A stretch of 10,234 bases of DNA from Azolla caroliniana. Its lineage: Eukaryota > Plantae > Polypodiophyta. Location: assembly GCA_043228905.1 (NCBI GenBank), contig JBHGNT010001288.1:1-10234 (forward strand), in the 5' to 3' direction. The notes under the pieces were generated by a model. It was given only the letters and a program-made list of their open reading frames with translations, did no database searches and was not told where the DNA came from. How positions within the stretch are numbered: the first letter of the stretch is position 1; the number at the start of each line of letters is the position of its first letter. Positions 1-7,316 of the stretch are shown one piece after another. The translations under genes and the position numbers were made by a program.

Positions 1-2024
1 GCAGTTTCCGTCGGCATTACCAGTGCTTGTCCAGTCATGAGTTCTGCCGGCATGTAATCGGTTACGGAGCTATGCGTCGTCCGATCCGCCCATAGTGCAT
101 ACGGAAGCATCTGCGGCCAGTCCTTCACCTTTCCATCGCATGCCTTCGCAAGTGCTTTCACGATCGAACTATGTCCTCGTTCGATTTTCCCGTTGGCCTC
201 CGGATTGTATGCCGTTGTCAGCATTAACCGAACTCCGTGTTTGGCGAGGAATCCCCTAGGTTTGTCCGAGTCGAGTTCTCCCCGGTCCGCAATTACTTGT
301 CCTACGCACCCGTACCTGCAAAATACTTCCTCCAAAAGAAACTGGCATACCGCGGAACACGTTTTCCTCTGAAGCGCTCGACCTTCTACTTGATTCGTGA
401 GATCTTCCCGAGCTAATACCAAGTATTTCTTTTGTCCGATCCCGGTCGGCATGGCCACTATGTCGACCATCCACTTGAAGTTGATTGTCGGTGAGAATGT
501 CGGATGTAACTCATCTCGATGTCGAACCCCGGAGTAGACTTGACATTTCTCACAGTTTTCCGTGAACTCCGCGACATCTTTGTACATTTTCTTCCACCAA
601 TATTTTTGCTTGATCTTCACAAATGTTGCCCATGTTCCTCGGTGTCCAGCCCAATCGGATTCGTGAAACTCGGACATTATCCGGTTTCGTTGCTCTTTTG
701 TCCCGACTACTCGAAGTGGTATACCATCCAGTCTTTTCGGCGCCCTCCATATTAATCCGTTTTCCAAGAAGAACTTTTGGACTTGCCTCTTCTTCCTTCG
801 GATCTCGGCTCTTCTTCCTTCTTCGTTTGTTGAATCCTCGGCCTCTTGTAACATCTTTCCGATCATCAAGCTTTCTCCCTCGTATTCTTTTTCCCGGAAT
901 TCTCGGATTACGTTCACTCGGTATATGTGCTCCGAGGCGAAGTAGTCTTCGGAAACTTCTTCATTATCCGATTCGGTTATGTCGTCTCCGAACCGAGCCC
1001 TTGATAACATATCCGCTACCGCGTTGTCCTTCCCCGAGATGTGTCGAACCTCCGGATTAAGCGACTTGACATATGCAACCCACCTTAGCATAGCTACATC
1101 CGGTATCGTACAACACCGCATCATCCCGAGTATCGGAAGACAATCCATCTCGATCACCACTTCGGCTCCGATCAAATAATCCCGATCCGATTTTATCGCC
1201 GACACGACTCCCCACAGTTCTCTTTTGACTTGTGCATATCCACATTGCCTTTCGTTGAGAACCTTTGCTCCGAATTGGATCGGATACCGCGAACCATTCG
1301 AGTCGGCTTGATTGATGACCCACCCGATACCGGTTGGACTTGTATCAACCGTTACTATGATTGGTCGGTCGTAGCTCGGCTTCTTAAGTGCTTCCGCCCT
1401 CCGAAGCGTCTTCTTCAATTTCTTCATGGCTTTGGTGTGTTCCGGTTTCCATTCGAATTTCTTACCTTTCCGCAACAAGTGGTAGAGCGGGTCCGCTATA
1501 TGTGCATAGTGCGGAATCCATATGTGATAGAATGCACATGCACCGAGAAACCTTCGGACTTCGGATGTTGACTCGCATACTTCCTCCATAGCTTGAATCA
1601 CATCGATCTTTGTTGGTGACGGTCTTCGGCCGTAGGGCCCACATAGATGTCCGACCACCAATATTTCTTCTTGCCCGAATGCCGATTTCTCCCCGGAAAG
1701 TGTTAGGTGCACATCTTCTAGCTTTCGCAACACTTTCTCGCAATCATGAATATGGTCGACCACGAACTTTCGGCATCCCCGATCATCCATAGTCTCATCT
1801 TTTTCTTCTACCACGCATCCTTTCATCGGAATGTCATCGAGGAACGGCATCGTTATCTCTGGAATGCAGTCTCGAAGCACCTTGTTCATCGCGTTCATCA
1901 TATGAGCAACTGAGTTTGTCGCTCCTTGTGGTAGTGTGCACATTCGGACTAATCCTATCGGTGTTTGCATGGTTGTGATGTCTCGGCTCTCCACGGCTAG
2001 TTGGAATTGGTCATACCCCGAGTA
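1..2024 (-). pseudogene. pol: Element A pol, 3' part (RT C-terminal two-thirds, RNase H, integrase) of a Ty3/gypsy retrotransposon; open frame, cut off from its 5' part by insertion of element B
   Basis: Manual translation from 2024 to the window edge gives no stop codon: YSGYDQFQLA...LPQGATNS...PFLDDIPMKG (FLDD at 1833-1844), RNase H VTVDTSPTGIG...KRELWG...DNAVADMLSR, integrase H-H-C-C (FHESDWAGH...CEKC) and D,D,E (WMVDIV, IADRGE, NGKIER). The RT-RH-IN order is the gypsy type. Confidence 0.95.
2020..2024. repeat. 5-bp target site duplication GAGTA of element B (left copy; right copy at 6045-6049)
   Basis: GAGTA lies immediately before TGTCGTGA (2025) and immediately after TCATGACA (6044). 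Confidence 0.95.
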
Positions 2025-2048
2025 TGTCGTGACTCTTGAGTAGGAAGC

Positions 2049-2190
2049 AGAGAGAGAGAGAGCGATGGCGATAGAGATAACGATAACGATAGAGATGGCG
2101 AGAGCGGTAGAGATAGCGATAGTGATAGAAAGAGAGTGAAAGAGGGAGAGAGTGCGAGAGAGAGAAAAGTATAAGTGAGAGATAAGAAAT
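2049..2190. repeat. Purine-rich low-complexity tract: (AG)7 plus degenerate hexamers (GCGATA/GAGATA/ACGATA) in R/U5 of LTR B
   Basis: agagagagagagag at 2049-2062, followed by gcgatg gcgata gagata acgata acgata gagatg... Confidence 0.85.
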
Positions 2191-2290
2191 GGGAATGCGA
2201 TTATATTATGAGAAAGAAGATTACAAGGAGTAGGCTAAGGGCTAAAGACTGGTGTTGAACCGAATGAGTTGTGATGAGTGTATGGACTCT

Positions 2291-2298
2291 TATTTATA
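2291..2298 (-). promoter_or_regulatory. TATA box of the element B LTR
   Basis: The minus strand reads CC-TATAAATA-AGAG, mid-LTR, followed downstream by a CT-rich tract. Confidence 0.75.
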
Positions 2299-2312
2299 GG
2301 CCCTTATGGAGT

Positions 2313-2332
2313 ATTCTAGAATGTTCTAGAAT
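2313..2332. promoter_or_regulatory. Heat shock element array 1 (4 perfect alternating nGAAn pentamers)
   Basis: aTTCtaGAAtgTTCtaGAAt, about 15 bp upstream of the TATA box in element orientation. Two degenerate units follow. Confidence 0.75.
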
Positions 2333-2380
2333 ATTTTAGATATTTATGAATAATAATAATAATAAATATAATCATGAAAT

Positions 2381-2415
2381 ATTCAAGAACATTCTAGAAT
2401 AATCTAGAATGTTCT
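2381..2415. promoter_or_regulatory. Heat shock element array 2 (7 in-phase pentamers, 6 perfect)
   Basis: aTTCaaGAAcaTTCtaGAAtaATCtaGAAtgTTCt. Confidence 0.75.
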
Positions 2416-2469
2416 AAATATCTCGTAATAACTAAACATATAATTATTATGATTACATCTCACATATGT

Positions 2470-2533
2470 TATTACAATGGTTAAAGTACAATATGTAAAC
2501 CAAGAGGTTATGGGTTCGATTCCTGGTTCGCCA
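2470..2533 (+). other. Degenerate tRNA-like / Pol III promoter-like cassette inside the element B LTR, antisense to the element
   Basis: A-box-like TATTACAATGG(TTAAAG) at 2470-2480, TGTAAAC anticodon-loop-like segment, perfect B box GGTTCGATTCC at 2513-2523, CCA at 2531-2533. The stems are degenerate, so it is not called a tRNA gene. Confidence 0.6.
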
Positions 2534-2567
2534 AGATGAATGTCATGATAAGCCAAGATGTATGTCT

Positions 2568-5500
2568 TCATGACATTATCCCCCCTTTTCGATGACGAGT
2601 TGCACGAGTCGGAAGAAAAGAGTTCAGACTTGGTTTATGAGGATATTGGTTGTGAAATGCAACAACCATGTCGGAGGCATTGGCAAGATGTTCGGCAGGC
2701 TCCCATGTTCGATCATTAGGTGTATAGCCTAACCAATCAACCAAGTAGTATAGTTTGTTGCGAATGATCTTGGAGTCGAGGATAGCGGCAACCTCATATT
2801 CAGAGCCATTGGAAACGTCAATTGGAGGTGGGGGAGGTGTAACACGACCCGGAATAGAGCTCGTTGTGTAAGGCTCCAAAAGTGAAACATGGAAGACCGG
2901 GTGAAGACGCATATGAGGAGGAAGATCAAGACGAAATGTCACATCATTGATCTTACCACTTATGACATATGGGCCAAAACGTTGATAATCCAATTTGTAG
3001 CAAGGTCGGGTCGTTTTAATGCTACCTTGTAAGAGCCATACACGATCGCCTACTTGAAATGTAGTCGATGAATCACGCCGATGACGGTCAGCAATCTTCT
3101 TTTGAGTGTTTTGGGCTTCACACAAATGATGCAAAAGCATATCCTGAACTTCTTGGAGTCGAGTGAGCCGATCTTCAGCAGCTGGGTTTTTTGGGAGTTC
3201 AGGATGTTCAAGCATCGTCCAACGAGGATGGTACCCAATGTTTGCAAAAAATGGGGAATAGCCAGTAGAAGAATGCTCGGAGTTGTTATAAGCAAATTCT
3301 GCCAAAGGTAGTAAATCCACCCAATCATCTTGTTGATAGTTGACAAAACAACGTAGATATTGCTCGACTGTTTGGTTGGTGCGCTCACTCTGCCCATTAG
3401 TCTCTGGATGGTAGCCGGAAGAGAGTTTACAAGAAGTATGTAAGAGTCTGAACATGTGCCGCCAAAATTTCGAGATGAATTGGGGACCCCGATCACTGAT
3501 AATATCATCCGGAAGACCATGATGGCGAAACACCTCCCGCATGAGTAAATCAGCTGTCTCTTGACTAGTAATGGTCTTTGTGCATGGAAGGAAATGTGCC
3601 ATCTTCGTAAAACGATCGACAACCGTGAGAATCGAATCAAATCCCTTGGAAGGTGGAAGATCCGTAATAAAGTCCAAGGAAATAGATTTCCATGGGCTCT
3701 CCGGAATAGGCATTGGCTGTAATAAGCCATATGGATGATGTCGAGGCTTTTTTGATCGGCAACATGTATCACAGCTACGAACATAATCCGTAACAAAATG
3801 GCGAAGCCGTGGCCACCAATATCGGCGAGAAATCAACTCAAAAGTCTTGTGGATGCCGAAGTGTCCCGCCATTGGTGTGTCATGACATTGTTGCATGACT
3901 TTGAGTCGAGAAGGACCGTCAGGCACATACAAGAGAGTTTGTCGAAAAAGTAACCCATCATGCCAACTAAACTGGGTGTAGTCTAGACGAGGATTTTGAG
4001 TTTGGGAGCTAGATGCACGATTTGGGATAATATGGCTCAAAACCTCTTGGGCGAACGCATCAGTCGCAATCTGCTCACGAATGGAATCAAGAAGCCTTGA
4101 ATCTCCCGGTGTGTTGATGGTATGCATTGCCATTATTCGTAGACTATCAGGACCTAAGAGGATTTGCTTTTGGCTTTCAAATGCGGCCTCTCCAGGTTGA
4201 AGTTCCATATACGAACGTCTAGATAAAGCATCTGCTTTTCCTTGTTGCATCCCAGGGCGATATAGAATTACAAAATCGAAACGAGTTAAGAACTGCGCCC
4301 AACGAGCTTGTCGTCGATTCAAGACTCGAGCACTTTGAAAGTATGTTAGATTTTTATGATCATTGTAGACAATAATCTGCTGAGAAGAACCCTCCAGAAA
4401 ATGACGCCATTGTTGAAAAGAATCCACAATGGCAAGAAGCTCTTTGTCGTGAATCTCATAGTTGATTTCTGCGGCTTCAAATTTTCGTGAGTGAAAAGCC
4501 ACCGGGTGCAGTTCACCATCATCACCAATTTGGGATAGTACACTTCCGAGTGCGAAATCCGATGCATCAGCTTCAAGTATAAAGCGCCTCATTGGATCGA
4601 CATGGATTAAGATTGGTGCGGATGTAAATGCTTGCTTTAAACCCTCAAATGCAGAGTTCGCATCTATACTCCATACAAATGATCGATTCTTGTGCGTCAG
4701 TTGAGTGAGGGGCAACACAATTTTTGAATAGTCTTTGATGAACTTGCGATAAAAGTTTGCGAACCCCAAAAAACATTGCACATCTCGCACGGACTGTGGT
4801 GTTTGCCAATCCAAAATTGTTTGAACCTTTGATGGATCCATAGAGATGCCATTTGAAGAGACTATGTACCCCAAAAACTCCACTTGACGTTGGTCGAAAC
4901 TACACTTCTCCAATTTTGCATAGAGACCATACTCTCGTAGCCGTTGCAAAACTTGGCGAACATGTATATCATGTTCTTCTTGAGTTTTTGAGTAGATCAA
5001 GATATCATCCAGGTAAACAATGATGAAGATATCGAGGAAGTCTCGAAAAATATCATTCGCCATATGTTGGAAGACTGCTGGTGCATTCGTGAGGCCAAAA
5101 GGCATCACTGTGTACTCAAAATGACCATAGCGAGTGCGGAACGCCGTCTTCCATTCATCCCCAGGACGAATTCGAACAAGGTTGTAGGCACCTCGAAGAT
5201 CTAACTTCGTGAAATACTTTGCTTCACTGAGGCGTTCTAGAAGGCTTGAGATCAATGGGAGAGCATATCGGTTTCTAACGGTCACTTTATTCAAGCCTCG
5301 ATAATCCACGACCATACGAAGCGTACCATCTTTCTTCTTAACGAAAAAGATGGGTGCACCAGCAGGAGATTTTGAATGTTGGATAAAACCATTTGCCAAG
5401 TTCTCATTGATATATTCTCGAAGAACCTCTAACTCCGTGGGCGAAAGATTATAAATTGGTCCCCATGGAGGCTCTTTTCCTGGCTGCAAATCAATTGGGC

Positions 5501-5822
5501 AATCATATGGTCGATGCTCTGGTAGTCTATTAGCCTTCACCTTATCGAACACATCGGAGAATTCTATGTACTTCTTTGGTAGTTGGACCCCCAATTCTTG
5601 TGAGCTAGATGAGGGAGTTGCTAAAACCGCAAATACCATCATGTCTTCCTTTCTTCCATCCTCTCGTAATTGATGTATAGAGATTGTTGAAATTGTGGGG
5701 GATCCTAGATCCTTAGTTGGAGCTTCAAGAGACTTGGATTTTACGGTGACCTCTTCAATAGTTCTTTTTCTCCAATCAATGGTTGGGTTATGTAACTCAA
5801 ACCCAGTAGCTGTAGGAGTCAT
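2568..5822 (-). CDS. pol: Element B Pol remnant: protease C-terminal tail, reverse transcriptase, RNase H, integrase, chromodomain (1084 aa; the N-terminal ~7 aa derive from a rearrangement)
   Basis: FELHNPTIDW (end of PR), KLDLRGAY/MPFGLTNAP/YLDD (5004-5015), EADASDFALG/HDKELLAI/ADALSR, H-X6-H...CDTC, D,D(35)E, FGPY (GPY/F motif), chromodomain. The stop codon lies inside the 3' LTR. Confidence 0.95.
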   Translation of the reverse strand: MTPTATGFELHNPTIDWRKRTIEEVTVKSKSLEAPTKDLGSPTISTISIHQLREDGRKEDMMVFAVLATPSSSSQELGVQLPKKYIEFSDVFDKVKANRLPEHRPYDCPIDLQPGKEPPWGPIYNLSPTELEVLREYINENLANGFIQHSKSPAGAPIFFVKKKDGTLRMVVDYRGLNKVTVRNRYALPLISSLLERLSEAKYFTKLDLRGAYNLVRIRPGDEWKTAFRTRYGHFEYTVMPFGLTNAPAVFQHMANDIFRDFLDIFIIVYLDDILIYSKTQEEHDIHVRQVLQRLREYGLYAKLEKCSFDQRQVEFLGYIVSSNGISMDPSKVQTILDWQTPQSVRDVQCFLGFANFYRKFIKDYSKIVLPLTQLTHKNRSFVWSIDANSAFEGLKQAFTSAPILIHVDPMRRFILEADASDFALGSVLSQIGDDGELHPVAFHSRKFEAAEINYEIHDKELLAIVDSFQQWRHFLEGSSQQIIVYNDHKNLTYFQSARVLNRRQARWAQFLTRFDFVILYRPGMQQGKADALSRRSYMELQPGEAAFESQKQILLGPDSLRIMAMHTINTPGDSRLLDSIREQIATDAFAQEVLSHIIPNRASSSQTQNPRLDYTQFSWHDGLLFRQTLLYVPDGPSRLKVMQQCHDTPMAGHFGIHKTFELISRRYWWPRLRHFVTDYVRSCDTCCRSKKPRHHPYGLLQPMPIPESPWKSISLDFITDLPPSKGFDSILTVVDRFTKMAHFLPCTKTITSQETADLLMREVFRHHGLPDDIISDRGPQFISKFWRHMFRLLHTSCKLSSGYHPETNGQSERTNQTVEQYLRCFVNYQQDDWVDLLPLAEFAYNNSEHSSTGYSPFFANIGYHPRWTMLEHPELPKNPAAEDRLTRLQEVQDMLLHHLCEAQNTQKKIADRHRRDSSTTFQVGDRVWLLQGSIKTTRPCYKLDYQRFGPYVISGKINDVTFRLDLPPHMRLHPVFHVSLLEPYTTSSIPGRVTPPPPPIDVSNGSEYEVAAILDSKIIRNKLYYLVDWLGYTPNDRTWEPAEHLANASDMVVAFHNQYPHKPSLNSFLPTRATRHRKGGIMS
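2576..2590 (-). other. Polypurine tract of element B
   Basis: The minus strand reads GAAAAGGGGGGATAA directly before the LTR start TGTCATGA. Confidence 0.9.
2640..2801 (-). other. Chromodomain (classical/group I type) at the integrase C-terminus
   Basis: EYEVAAILDSKIIRNKLYYLVDWLGYTPNDRTWEPAEHL...FHNQYP, with the aromatic-cage Y, W and Y present. Confidence 0.92.
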
Positions 5823-5871
5823 CGATGGTCGCCCTATAGCATCAGGAGATATAGTCGAAGAGTCTGAACCA
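5797..5871 (+). other. Inverted fragment of chromoviral protease coding sequence at the deletion junction
   Basis: The plus strand reads SNPVAVGVIDGRPIASGDIVEESEP, the PxxVExIDGRPxxSG flap region typical of chromoviral aspartic proteases, in opposite orientation to the rest of B. Confidence 0.8.
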
Positions 5872-6044
5872 TCTAGAATGTTCTAAATATCTCGTAATAA
5901 CTAAACATATAATTATTATGATTACATCTCACATATGTTATTACAATGGTTAAAGTACAATATGTAAACCAAGAGGTTATGGGTTCGATTCCTGGTTCGC
6001 CAAGATGAATGTCATGATAAGCCAAGATGTATGTCTTCATGACA
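5871..6044 (-). repeat. Element B 5' LTR remnant (first 174 bp of U3 only)
   Basis: 174/174 identical to 2402-2575 by eye. Similarity stops abruptly at 5871. Confidence 0.95.
5939..6002 (+). other. Second, identical copy of the tRNA-like cassette in the 5' LTR remnant
   Basis: B box at 5982-5992, CCA at 6000-6002. Confidence 0.6.
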
Positions 6045-6385
6045 GAGTATAGGTCTCCGATGGAGTATATCGCATGACCGGCAAAAGCTTCCGCAAATTC
6101 GTCCACTATCGGACCGACTCCCGAGTTCCGGATCGTGACCTTATTCACCGGTTGCAAGTCTTGGATAAATCGGAGTGATCCATTCTTCTTCGGAACCGTA
6201 AACCATCGATTTGAGTACAGAGCAGTTGATGGCTCTAGAATCCCCATCGCCACCTTCTCCTTGAGCAAGTCAATGACTTTCGGAATATGCGCTCGTGGCA
6301 CCGGAATTGGCTTCAGGTTCCATGGTACATGGTCAATTGTGAAGATCACCATCGGCTCCACTATTCTCGGATCGACGCACCCTAT
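6045..6385 (-). pseudogene. pol: Element A pol, RT N-terminal fragment, lying between elements B and C
   Basis: Translates IGCVDPRIVEPMVIFT...RWFTVPKKNGSLRFIQDLQPVNKVT...IYSIGDLYS. Removing B and one TSD copy rejoins it in frame to GYDQFQL (2018 downward), giving GDLYSGYDQFQL. Confidence 0.95.
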
Positions 6386-6856
6386 TGTTATGTACACATA
6401 ACGTTGGTGAGGGTAGGTCACTAATATTTACATTAGTGAAGGGTATGTTCACTATTATTAAAAAGGGGACTAATGATTGGATAGAATGAATGATATGTGC
6501 ATGCACTATCATGATTTAGACAACCAATAAATAGAGAGCCTTTTAGAAAGGCACATCTATTCAAGGGGCCTAGGAAAAGGTATAAATATGAGGCTTAGCT
6601 ACCCTCATAGGGATCACGTCGGAAGGCTGCTGTCGTAGACACCGGTGGTGCGGGCTAGGCTTTCGTCTCGAAGATCGTGTTTATCTCTTCCAAGGTATTA
6701 GTCATCCTAATATCCGGCGGTATGGGACGTCGGTGGTAGGTTGGCTATGTCTAGATCATAGCTCGGGGGTGGTCGGGTGGAACGGGTTCTTCTATCCAAT
6801 CTATTTTCTTCCTTTTTACTTGATTTGGTCTATTGATTAGTAATAGACTCTTAACA
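6386..6856 (+). repeat. Element C 5' LTR (471 bp)
   Basis: 5-bp inverted termini TGTTA/TAACA, PBS 1 nt downstream, internal CCAAT (6524-6528) and TATA. The partner LTR is outside the window. Confidence 0.88.
6581..6588 (+). promoter_or_regulatory. TATA box of the element C LTR
   Basis: GG-TATAAATA-TG, mid-LTR. Confidence 0.7.
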
Positions 6857-6857
6857 G

Positions 6858-6869
6858 TGGTATCAGAGC
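6858..6869 (+). other. Primer binding site complementary to the 3' end of initiator tRNA-Met
   Basis: TGGTATCAGAGC, the canonical plant tRNA-iMet PBS. Confidence 0.95.
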
Positions 6870-7102
6870 TTTTACTAACAATTTTTTTGTTGTTTTGATG
6901 TTTTTTTGCGTGTGAGCGAGGGGGATCTAACAAGGCTCGTCATGCTCTTCTCAGGATCAAAACAACACTCTAAACCCGGTATTCTTCTTTTTTGATCTCT
7001 TCTCTTTTTCTATTATGCGTTCTTTATGGTCGAATCAAATTGGTATTACGTTTTATTCTCTTTCTTTCTACCTCCTACTACGCTACGATTTTACTTATTA
7101 TT

Positions 7103-7316
7103 ATGCATCGGGCCGAGCGTGTTTGCACTAATCGCACACGCTCAACTCATGGCCTTTTGCATATTGCGATATATATCCCACTCTCTCCTCTCTTGAACTC
7201 TTACGATAATAATTATCCTTGTGCATTGGGTCGAGCGTGTTTGCTCTAATCGCACACGCTTATCTCATGGCCGTTTTGCATATGATGTTGAGTATACCAC
7301 TCTCCCCCTCTATTGA
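7103..7316 (+). repeat. Two diverged direct repeats (period 118 bp), each forming a compound hairpin
   Basis: TGCATYGGGYCGAGCGTGTTTGCWCTAATCGCACACGCT...CTCATGGCC...TTTTGCATA starting at 7104 and 7222. Confidence 0.9.

Larger units (their letters stand above)
2025..2575 (-). repeat. Element B 3' LTR (551 bp, complete)
   Basis: Bounded by the PPT (2576-2590) and the TSD. Positions 2402-2575 are repeated exactly at 5871-6044. Confidence 0.93.
2025..6044 (-). mobile_element. Element B: chromovirus (Tcn1-like) Ty3/gypsy LTR retrotransposon, 5'-deleted, nested in the RT of element A
   Basis: TG...CA termini with imperfect 8-bp inverted ends (TGTCGTGA/TCATGACA), 5-bp TSD, LTR direct repeat, PPT, and pol with a C-terminal chromodomain. 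The Tcn1-like assignment is from recalled motif similarity (EINYEIHDKELLAIV, RRQARWAQFL), not from a search. Confidence 0.93.

Noticed and set aside
256-1792. Short ORFs in alternative frames or strands over element A
   Set aside because: They are shadows of the long pol frame with no recognisable motifs.
2470-2533. Functional tRNA gene
   Set aside because: The acceptor, D and anticodon stems do not pair, and the T stem has only 2 Watson-Crick plus 2 wobble pairs. Kept only as tRNA-like.
3050-3796. 248-aa overlapping minus-strand ORF in B's integrase (and other short ORFs at 2729-4576)
   Set aside because: It is an alternative-frame shadow of pol with no domain features and no independent expression signals.
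5823-5870. PBS or self-priming site for element B
   Set aside because: No TGG-initiated PBS follows the LTR remnant. The region is the inverted protease filler, and the true PBS has been deleted.
5873-6421. 182-aa minus-strand ORF as a standalone gene
   Set aside because: It is a chimera of antisense LTR C (6386-6421), the RT fragment of A (6045-6385) and LTR B (5873-6044).
6992-7249. 85-aa hydrophobic ORF as an env-like or extra gene in C's leader
   Set aside because: It has a non-ATG start, its hydrophobicity follows from T-rich sequence, and it runs through the hairpin repeats.
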